A DNA stretch of 63,803 nucleotides, filler included, from Parasitella parasitica NRRL 2501 (taxonomy: Eukaryota > Fungi > Mucoromycota): the NCBI GenBank assembly GCA_025201805.1. It is 14 parts of 14 records of this genome, joined end to end, with 100 filler letters (N's around TTAATTAATTAA, not from the genome) between each part and the next. Parts side by side here need not be neighbours in the genome. Positions count along the whole stretch, not along the records: positions 1 to 4,747 come from MU619300.1; positions 4,848 to 6,861 come from MU619584.1; positions 6,962 to 9,279 come from MU619568.1; 11 more parts are not named here. One strand, written 5' to 3'. The first letter of the stretch is position 1, and every line of letters begins with the position of its first letter. Both the position numbers and the translations under genes were made by a program. Below the pieces are notes generated by a model. That model saw nothing but the letters and a program-made list of their open reading frames with translations. It was not told the origin of the DNA and did no database searches. Below, piece by piece: positions 1-9,379 of the stretch.

Positions 1-63
1 AAAACATCTTCATAAGCATCCCCATAAACATCTTCATAAGCATCTTGTTTTTTTGTTTATTTT

Positions 64-480
64 TGTTGAGGATACAGGTCAAATCTTAGCGGTAATGAAT
101 TATACTCTGTATAATACATCATAAAGCGAGCATGAGTAGAAATGCGTAGTAGAATGGAATGACTTTATTTAGACATGGCAAAGAGACATAAGTGGTGCCA
201 TTGAATGGCTGATCTTTATCCCAGTACAAAGTGGTGCTATCTTATGACATTTGGTTCCTGAGGTCGGTGTTAAATCCTGATGAATGTTCTTCCATCAAAG
301 CTACTAGGAACAACACTCTATCCTTTATACGTATCTATGCTTTTGTTTTACTGTTAACTCGGAAACTCTTATCCATCAAGCTCCTAGGGATTGGTTCAAG
401 GTGTACCCAATTATCCCTCATCCTAAATCATGGTTCTATTGCTGCGGCACTGTCAAATAACTATAAAACCTTCAAAATAT
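64..480 (-). mobile_element. Possible solo LTR (right boundary uncertain)
   Basis: On the minus strand there is TATAAA, then AATAAA, ending ...CCTCAACA at 64. No clear TSD or second terminus. Confidence 0.3.
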
Positions 481-575
481 ACACTAGTTTAAATCTTCAT
501 TCAATCTTGGAATAGCAAAATAAATATATTCAGTTCTAATTGTATTTTCTCTGTCTATATTTTGTTATTCAAATA

Positions 576-686
576 ATTTTGAATCGTTACCATGATAAAA
601 TTGTTTCGAAAACATTGGTGTTATATTTGTCGTGGCAACGATTTTGGCCAGAAACAAAATTGGCGAAGGCATCCGGAAAATGTCCA
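576..686 (+). repeat. Inverted ~111-bp copy of the 5' end of the 1121-2906 gene
   Basis: ATTTTGAATCGTTACCATGATAAAATTGTTTCGAAAACATTG...GAAGGCATC matches the reverse complement of 2812-2922 with scattered mismatches. Confidence 0.9.
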
Positions 687-1120
687 AAAATGACACTGGC
701 CCATGGAAATGAGGCTGTCGCAAAATTAAGAATCTTCATAAGCATCTTCATAAGCATGCATTGACAGTTTGACTGCAATTTGCACGCTATTGACAATCTG
801 GCATTCTCATTGGTGTTGGCATTCGATCGCACACCGTTTATCTCGTCTATTGTTTTACATCGTATTATTATATCCAGTCTTTTCTTTCCCTTATCATGAC
901 ATTTAGAGGACTTTAAATAAAACTCCGAGTACGCTCCCTACACAAAAAAAAAGTCTGGCTGCATTGTATTCATACGTCTGCAGAAACTCCTATACTATAT
1001 CACACGGCAGAACACATGAATATTCAAAGTTCATTGCGTACAGGAGAAATTTGTACTTGATTTGTTTTATTGACAATAATATCCACTTTGATTCGCTGCT
1101 CCATGAGAAAAATTGTTTAT

Positions 1121-2906
1121 TCATATGGCGAAGATTTGACAAACGGTGCGCGTTACTTCGGCATTTGCAGTGATGAGAGAGGGCGATATTTCATTCGCCA
1201 AATTGGTCAAAGGACGATTGAGTTGTTCATTGCCAATGATGTTGATGGTTGAGCTGTCATTGAACAGACTGAGAATCTCATAAATAATATTCCAAACTTT
1301 GCCGTTCGTCTTGCATTTTTTTTGTTGATCATCAACATAATGTCGGCTAAGGATAGCGTTTTCACCTTGTTCCCAAACAGATGCTGCGACTGCTCGAAAC
1401 AACTGGGATGCTATTTTTGCATCTGAATCCTTGTTCGTACCAGTGTTGCGGTCGGCAAGTGTCCAGATCGTAACAGGCCGCGAACACAGATCGTTTGCAA
1501 AGATGGAACATGATCGAGAAAGAAGATAAGTGGTGGTTCTGTGGAACTTGGACCGCACTTGTCGTAATTGCGCATACTCGTCAAATGGATATAATTCGCG
1601 GATGGACAGATCGTTGAATCCTCGTTGTCGCAGATCGCCATACCATTCAATAAACGATCGTCGGATAAAGATGATGGTATCTTTGCTGACACTGAACCCA
1701 TTTGTGCTGGATGGACCGACAGCTGGGGGCTGATTTTTGTCAATTCGGATGGATGATGTTATGAGGACATTCATTGTTTTCGTGCCAAGTTCAAGTTTAT
1801 GACTGTTATCTTTTTCGACAATGAACAGCTCTACATTTGGGTATTTCGTAGTTGGATGCGGTAAGGTTGTGTTTAAGGATTGATTGCGCTTGATCTTGGT
1901 TTGTTCATGATGAGCATCCAATGTGGGATATCGACTGTACACTTCTGCACAATTCACAAGCAGACCTTCACGCCTATTGACAAGAATCAGTCCCTCCATT
2001 GCACGAGCACAAACTACACGCATCCACGGACGCCGTGTCCAATCAATGTTCAATATGGTGGCGATATTTTCATCCATTTCCGTATAATCTGTTGCACAGA
2101 TACATGTCAGATGGCTGTTAGCGATCAGATGGGATAAAATGGATGCAGCAGGTCGTTGGTCGCCTGCATCCAACATTTGGAAATAACTGCGCTTCATCGG
2201 TGTGATTGCTTTGAACGCTGGAGCCTGGTCACCAAATTGTGAAGCCAAGAGGCTAGAAATGGCTGCGGAATGACCAAGCATATTGTGTTCCCTATTGTTT
2301 TCATCAAAGATCGCCATTGGGTGCAAATCGGCGAGTTCTGCAATCAGCAATTTCTTCTGCTTGTCGTCATTCGGTAAATCCATTGCACCCATTGCGGAAA
2401 GCGTCGCGTCTGAATATGTTCGTGTTTCATTGTGTGTTATGGCTGTTGATTCGAAGTGCAATGGTGGTTTACTGGGCATAAGCTCGTCAACAGGCAGGGT
2501 CACGTCGACATCTTCTGCTTCGTCTTCATCCTCGCTGTGTTCGCTCGCAGCATCATAATCTTTACTGAGTCTGAGAAACAATAACAAAAGAACAAAAACT
2601 TTTCAGATTAAGGCAAAGAACACGAAATAAAATGACTTACATTTTAAAATGTTCAGGAACATGGCAATCCAATTCTTCGAGTTCCGAGAAATAGTCGGGA
2701 CAGGAAGGGCAAACAAATACAGTCTTATCAGCATCGTCTTCATTTGAAACAAACAAATGATCTTTCACTTTCCGAACGTTGCCTTTCACACCAGCTTCAA
2801 GTTGAATATCATGAACATTTTTCAGATGCCTTCGCAAATTTTGTTTCTGGCCAAAATCACTGCCACGACAAATAAGACAGCAATGTTTTCGAAACAATTT
2901 TACCAT
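1121..2906 (-). CDS. C2H2 zinc-finger protein with putative AAG/MPG-like DNA glycosylase domain (2 exons, ~571 aa)
   Basis: Exon 2906-2641 encodes CLIC-x13-H-x4-H and CPSC..H..H fingers. A GTAAGT...CAG intron (2640-2571) joins it in frame to the 488-aa ORF. Block-wise similarity to 7374-9055. The glycosylase call rests on manual motif alignment only. Confidence 0.75.
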
Positions 2907-3049
2907 GGTAATGATTCAAAATAATCAAAAAAAAAAAAAAGCTGATAATGAGTAATTTTCTGGCTGGTGGCGAGCTGGCCTTCGAAAAAAGATGCTTGGT
3001 GCACCAACAAGTTTGGTGCACCAAAAAAAATCATTTTGAAGCAGCGACG

Positions 3050-4610
3050 AAAATCAGTTTGGTGTACTGTCCAAAATGCTTTTGGTGCATCTGCATAATA
3101 AATTTCGTGCAAAAATCAAAATGTATTTGATGCACTTTTAGTTCTTTTCTTACCACAAATATTAGCTTATTTTATGGATCAGTTTATTTTCGAAGATGGG
3201 AAAGAAAATCTCTACGATGAGCAGGGTGAATCAGTTGCTGTTCTCGCTATGGAAGTAGACGACGAACAATATCCTTTGGATAATATAACCAACTTCAGTG
3301 ACTATACGAACCTGAAGCCACCAGAAAAGCCGATCAAGAAAATCAAAGAAGATGGTTTGAAACAAGAAGGTGGAGATGCAGAACTCGAGGAACCCAAGGG
3401 AACACGGTATCGATCATACAAGAGCGAAGATAAAGCCAAGTTTTTCTTTCTCGTATACGAGAAGCAAATGAGCATCCGTGCAGCCTGCAAAATGGTCAAA
3501 ATCCCTCCCAGCACTGGCCAAAACTGGTACAAGAAGGGTGTGGAAAGTTTGGAGAACGACGAAGAGCTTTCTCACAAAAAAGTGGCCAAATCGTTTGGAA
3601 GACCACCAAAACTTTGTGAGGAGCAGAAAGAGGCTTTGATCAGCATGGTGGATGCCAAACCAGATTTAGTCTTGGAAGAAATGATGGATCAACTGAATGC
3701 TCAATTTATGGGTCTTGAAATTCGAAAGTCTGCTTTGCACGAGTCCTTGACAGAGAAATGCCAATTTTCGCTTACAAGGGCTCATTTCCACTCGGTATAG
3801 CGAAATAGTCCTGAAAAGATTGAAGAAAGATGCAATTGGGTCAAGCAATGGCAAGAAACTGACATGGATTTTTCAAGTAATTGCGTATTTATTGATGAGG
3901 CTGCATTCCATATCAACATGAAGTGCAACTATGCATGGTCGGTTAAAGGAGAGCGATCTGTTGTAAAGGTTCCCAAGACCCGAACAAAAACCACGACAAT
4001 TATCGGGGCCATAACACCCTTTGGCGTGATTAATGTTAAGGTAAAGCTTCCGAAAGTTTATGCAGCACCTTCGAAAAAAAGAAAAGCTACAGGTGGCCCT
4101 ATTCAGACTCAAGCAGATAAGGGAGGAACTGTAACTGGACATACTTCAATTTTGTCGCTAGCACCTTGGATGTGATGGATGAATATAAGGAGTTTGAAGG
4201 CCATTATTTGATAATGGATAATGCACCTATCCACAAAAACAAAGACATACAATTGTATATTGAAAGCAGAGGGTATAGATGTGTCTATATCCAACCTTAT
4301 TCCCCTGAGCTTAACCCAATCGAGCAATTTTGGTCCATTGTGAAAAGCAAACTTAAAAGAGTGGTACTTTTGGAAGAAGAAACACTGTCCACTAGAATTT
4401 CTGATGCTTGTAACAAGGTGATGATCAGCGATCTAGAAGGATTTTGCTGATACTCTGCTTTCAAGTGGGATGACTGTTTAGAAAAAAATGTAACATTAAT
4501 AAACCTACAAATTTGGTGCACAATGCACCAAACACCATTTTGATATTTGCACGAAATTTATTTTGCAGATGCACCAAAAGCATTTTGGACAGTGCACCAA
4601 ACTGCTTTTT
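3050..4610 (+). mobile_element. Tc1/IS630-type DNA transposon with ~85-bp inverted repeats
   Basis: 3050-3134 is the reverse complement of 4524-4610. Iterated (T)GGTGCA(CC) motifs lie at both ends, and the repeats enclose a transposase. Confidence 0.85.
3174..4500 (+). pseudogene. Tc1/IS630 DD34E transposase, disrupted
   Basis: HTH/GRP region, then FIDEAAF, MDNAPIH and YSPELNPIE with 34 residues between the second D and E. In-frame stops at 3798-3800 and 4448-4450, and a frameshift near 4140. Confidence 0.92.
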
Positions 4611-4747
4611 GTTAGTGATGTTTATGGGGATGCTTATGAAGATGCATATTGTAGCCAATAAAAATAAGCGATTTCAGATTATTTGTTGCGTTTTATTGGC
4701 TAATATAACGCGGCATTTTAAAAGATGCTTATGAAGATGCTTATGAA

Positions 4748-4847
4748 NNNNNNNNNNNNNNNNNNNNNNNNNNNNNNNNNNNNNNNNNNNNTTAATTAAT
4801 TAANNNNNNNNNNNNNNNNNNNNNNNNNNNNNNNNNNNNNNNNNNNN
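4748..4847. other. Artificial contig linker N..TTAATTAATTAA..N (also at ~6862, 9279, 13965, 15935, 18094, 27386, 29657, 30947, 32159, 34363, 36579, 62411)
   Basis: The same 12-mer, with stops in all frames, is centred in ~100-nt N-runs. Confidence 0.97.
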
Positions 4848-5231
4848 AATCACTGGAGAAAAAACAGTGATTCTAGTTATAGAACAATCACTGGATAAAA
4901 ACAAATAGCACTTACCACAAAATTATTATAGCACTGGTACGTTTTGCTATGAAATCACGGTAATAAACATTTATTCAAAATTATCTAAAAAACTTTCAGC
5001 AGCAATTATATATCACGTTGGTGTACGTTTCTTTTTGTTATTATAGATAGAAAAAAATCAATTTTATTTGAAAATAGGCATATATTTTTGTCTGAAAAAA
5101 TTATTGGAGTATAGAGGAACTGACACAAAAGATATTATTATTATGATAAATGTTCATAGCAGCTGTATACATATATGATGTTTTCCGCATATGACAAGGT
5201 GCTATATTTTTTAGATACTGGATTTTTCTTT

Positions 5232-5390
5232 TGAGATTACGCATACTGGTTTTCAATTACGCATCAGCTTTTTTGAGTTACGCACCAGACAAATCTCAAT
5301 TGCGAATTTTTGAATTACGCATATGAAACTTTTGAAGTACGCATTAAAAAATTCGAATTACGTACAAAAAAATCCAATTGCGTACTGGAT
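5232..5390. repeat. Iterated ~21-22-bp subterminal motif (GA/CA)ATTACGCA
   Basis: About eight degenerate copies directly downstream of the Tc1 remnant at 5411-5704. Confidence 0.7.
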
Positions 5391-5410
5391 ATTTTTATTG
5401 ATTTGACAGA

Positions 5411-5704
5411 CTTAAAGCAAGCGCTCACGGTTCAAGCACCTCTCAAAAAACGAATGGGCATGTATTATCCATCCTTCGCAGTCGCTCACTATAACCTTCT
5501 TGGCTGACTCAATAATACGGTCACTGAAATTTGATGTTACAGTGAGAGTATCACTCTCTTGATACCAGCCTTCACCTTCGACCAGAACTCCTCGATTGGG
5601 TTGAGAAAAGGAGAGTAAGGGGAAAAATAGGCTGCCTTATAACCACGAGATTCAATGAGGTTAGCTCCCTCTGGGCTCTTGTGAATTGGAGCATTGTCCA
5701 TCAC
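5411..5704 (-). pseudogene. Tc1/IS630 transposase C-terminal remnant
   Basis: Minus strand reads VMDNAPIHKSPEGANLIESRGYKAAYFSPYSPFLNPIEEFWSKVKAG. It is cut at 5705 by an LTR. Confidence 0.9.
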
Positions 5705-5892
5705 TGTTGGATCAAAAGATAATAAAAAACCAAAGGTTAACGAGATACGAAAACTAAAGATACTTTATTTAAGATCGAAATTGCATCTGCTATTCATACT
5801 TTTTACAGCTACATAAATTTATGTTGACTTATTTCGATTACTAATTGACAAGACTAATTCACAATGACAATCTACTTGACAGGGTACGATAT
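5705..5892 (-). mobile_element. Partial LTR (family shared with 21794-22235 and 31208-31641), truncated by a CACTA end
   Basis: TGTTGGATCAAAA...TTAACGAGAT...GCATCTGCTATT...ACAGGGTACGATAT recurs in all three copies. Confidence 0.75.
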
Positions 5893-6200
5893 CACTATGG
5901 CGTCGCCGATGTTCTTATTAGAATATTGATGTGCATGCACGGGAACATTCTTTAAAGCCAAAAAAAGTGCTTATCGAGCTAGGTTAAGGCGATAAATGTG
6001 CTCATGCGAGAACAAAAATTGAAACATCTCATGATCAAATTTTTATGCTCAAATGAGCACATAAATTACTAGTTTCATAGGCTTAAAATTACGCTCAAAA
6101 GGCTTGAAAAAATGTGCTCATGAAGCGAAAATGTGCCCGTAAACTCAAAAAAATGTGCTTAAAAAAGTAAAATTTGCGTACAAAAATGTAGCTTTAGCTT
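5893..6200. mobile_element. CACTA (CMC/EnSpm)-like transposon terminus with ATGTGCTC-type subrepeats
   Basis: Begins CACTATGGCGTC. Related termini at 13158 (forward) and ending at 30096 and 31167 (reverse). Confidence 0.65.
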
Positions 6201-6639
6201 TTGTTTATTTCTCAATTTTTGTAGTATGAACCAGTAATTTATTATTGCGTTAATTTCATATCGCCACATACAGTATTGTCTTGATTATGTAGCCTTTGGT
6301 TGACACAGGCAATGATGGAGAACAGTGCAAGATTAGCTATTACCCGATTCGAAATTGAAGCAGCTACTGAGGTACTGTATTTTGAGGACAATTCCGCCGA
6401 TTAAATTTTTATTTCGTGAAATCTCAAATTCAATTTCGTCAGAATTACCTTTGAAGTTCGTAATAGGGGAGGCTAGCTATACTGTAGTGCTGTATTACTC
6501 TGGATCACCTTGTTGAATACGTAAAAAAATTATGATTTAAATAATGAATCAAAAATTGATGGTGTATCCATCTTCTTCTTCACACTTTACAGTATATCGC
6601 ATACAATTTTTCAAATAAAAGTTACATACATTTTTAGCC

Positions 6640-6861
6640 ATGTCAACAAGTGAAAATTCAAACAGAAATCAAAATGTCACAGATCAAAGACATCCACACT
6701 CAAAGCGAGGGCCCTACGGGAAAACAACTCTTGAAAAGCGTACGAAAATCATTGATCAAGTACTGCAAGAAGGTTATTCACCAGCAGAGGCTGCAAAGGA
6801 GAATCGTGTTGCAGTTTCGACGGTAAATACAATGGTAGATGTCTTTATCAAAGAAGGGCGC
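6640..6861 (+). CDS. Transposase N-terminal HTH fragment (IS630/Tc1-like), cut by gap
   Basis: KRGPYGKTTLEKRTKII...SPAEAAKENRVAVSTV fits an HTH pattern. Confidence 0.6.
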
Positions 6862-7029
6862 NNNNNNNNNNNNNNNNNNNNNNNNNNNNNNNNNNNNNNN
6901 NNNNNTTAATTAATTAANNNNNNNNNNNNNNNNNNNNNNNNNNNNNNNNNNNNNNNNNNNNAAACAGTATCGTTTGTTTTTAGAAAAGGGTATTACACAA
7001 TTCAGGAAAGTAGTGTCGCATCTAAAAGG

Positions 7030-9278
7030 TATAATGTGTCCGTCCAAGCTGTCCGTTCAGCCAAAATATAAAAAACCTATAATGCGTCCGTCCATTTAGG
7101 CTGTCCGTCTATTTAGGCTGTCCAAACTGTTCGTTCAGCCAAAATATAAAGAGGCATCATGTGTCCGTCCAGTCAAACAAAAATATTGTAAAAATTCTAT
7201 TATTTCTTTATTCAACATCTGTAAGCATTTGGTGATAGAAATAGGAGAACTCTTTAAAACTTGATACTTTATTCGAAAAAATGGACGTAGTAATAAAAAT
7301 GGATGCAATGATATTTAACCAACATACCTGTTACACTGGAATGGCATACTAAAATATTTGTAACTGACTGAATCTATGTCCTTTTAATTGAAATCGAAAT
7401 TGATTTCATCACATTATTGTTCGCATTTGCAATGTAAGGGTTTAAAATAACTGCAAGTTTACACAATTCATCATTCAATACTTTGTTTTCAATTATCTTG
7501 ATTTGTTTTGATTCATCAAACAAATCAAGTATATTCTCCATGCATTCTTTTACTTTCTCACCCTTACATTGCGAAACAAGATTCTGTATCATCTTTTCTT
7601 CAACCGTGGCTGCTTCCTGGTATTTTATAACTCGAATAGCAATGTTATGAAATAGTTTTGAGGCTATTCTTCCATCAGAATATTCATCATTTTGACTATC
7701 AAAGTTGCAGTATGTCCATATTGTGTAAGGCTGCATTATATGATCATTAGTATCAGTCGAGCTTCCTCTACTGCTAAAATATGTGGAATATTGATGAAAT
7801 TTTGATCGAAGTTGCCTCAATTGGTAAAGGATATTGAATGAATAAACTTCTTGCGCTGATTCGTCTTCTGCCAATTTTTTTGCATCGTACCATGCTGTTT
7901 CGTCAATGTATATTTCAATCATCCCAGCATCTTCTCCGTTTAATACAAAGTTTGACGTTGTTGGCCCTACTTCCGGAAGTAGGTCTCTGTCAATTCTTGT
8001 GCTCGAAGTTACTAAACCATTAAATACTTTCGTTCCCACCAGCAGTTTTACGCCATCCGGATCTCTTACTGTCTTTAAACAAAGGTTTTTGTATCTAGCA
8101 TTGTTTAGTGGTAAAGAATTTGGTGGAAACATATTTTTTTTTATGTTAAATCTTTCATAATGACTGTCGATCGTTCTAAAACGTCCATATACTTCAATTG
8201 TGTTGATGAGGAGTGTTTCACCAGTCATTCTATTGACCAGTATAGCCCCTGAAAGAACACGGGTGCAGAAAAATCGCATTTGAGGCCGAAAAGCCCAGTC
8301 GTTATTTAGTAATTTGCATGTATCGTCGTCCATCTCGAAATATTTTTTTCCATTCAAATATTTATGCATGTAACTACTTGCGATTATGTTTTGAAGGCTA
8401 ATACTTCCTGAAACTTGACAATCATTAATGCTTTCTCCCAGACACTCGCATTTTCTTTTGACTGGTGAACAATGTTGGATCTGTGGTGGTTGTTTCATTC
8501 CTATAATTTTGTTTATAACATCTTTATGTGCCAGTGCATTTTCTTCGTTATTATTTGAATCAACAAATGCAAAAGGCTCCAAATCTAAAGCCCTTATTAT
8601 TTTCAAAGACGATACTTGTTCATGACGGCTTCGGTGTATTAACCCACTTGCATTTAAAATTGCATTGTTATTATTACGAAAAGTTGGGCTGGTTACTTCA
8701 ATCTGCTTTTCAGCAATTACAGGTTGTGATGAACGCGGTACTACTGTCAAACAGAGCTCCTCTTCCTCGTCAACACCATGTTTTTCCTCTTCCTTGTTGT
8801 GTATATTTCGGAGATGCTTACTGATTGACGAAGTAGTAATGTAAAGACGCGAACATAATGGGCAAATGAATTCACCATTCTCGTTTCTATCGCAAATAAT
8901 AGTCTCTACTGAAGAATTTAGCACACATTTCATAAGACCTTTAATATTTGCATACCTTTTCCTACTTGTACGTCTACCGTCTGGAGATGGTATTCATATT
9001 TATGTTTCTTGGAAGAAACTTTTTCTTCGCATTGTAAGCAATTTTCGTGAGACATTTGTTCCAAAGAAAAATGAAAAGTAAAGAAACGTGGCGTAATTCG
9101 TTTATTACTTTTCTGTGAAGGCACCTTTTTTTTATCTTGGCTTGGACGCACACATTATAGGTTTTTTTTAATTTGGCTGGACGAACACACATTTTATTTT
9201 GGACGGGCCGACAGCTTAAATGGACGGACCTATTATAGGTTTTTTATATTTTGGACGGACCCATTATGAGTTTTTTAT
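7030..9278. mobile_element. TIR-type element with GTCCGTCC-iterated inverted arms enclosing the 7374-9055 gene
   Basis: CCAAAATATAAAAAACCTATAAT..GTCCGTCCATTTA(G/A)GCTGTC at ~7061-7104 matches the reverse complement of ~9211-9254. Many GTCCGTCC copies on the left and GGACGGAC-like copies on the right. True termini are not resolved. Confidence 0.75.
7374..9055 (-). CDS. C2H2 zinc-finger protein with putative AAG/MPG-like domain (2 exons, ~544 aa), paralogue of 1121-2906
   Basis: Exon 9055-8956 (MSHENCLQC-x13-HLQTVD, a degenerate finger) is joined in frame by a GTATGC...CAG intron (8955-8909) to the 519-aa ORF, which has CPLC..H..H. Collinear blocks are shared with the first copy. Confidence 0.75.
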
Positions 9279-9379
9279 ANNNNNNNNNNNNNNNNNNNNN
9301 NNNNNNNNNNNNNNNNNNNNNNNTTAATTAATTAANNNNNNNNNNNNNNNNNNNNNNNNNNNNNNNNNNNNNNNNNNNN

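Larger units (their letters stand above)
5..4747. repeat. Outer inverted arms built from the 12-bp motif CATCTTCATAAG
   Basis: CATCTTCATAAGCATCCCCATAAACATC at 5-32 is the reverse complement of 4617-4644. Further forward copies at 732-757 and reverse copies at 4722-4747. A truncated reverse copy, AAGATGCTT, lies at ~2989-2997. Confidence 0.8.

Noticed and set aside
5232-5390. Periodic repeats resembling a CRISPR array (also 7030-7175, 18194-18400, 32490-32578)
   Set aside because: The units are short and degenerate, with no unique 25-40-bp spacers and no cas genes, in a eukaryotic context. They are better explained as TE subterminal repeats.
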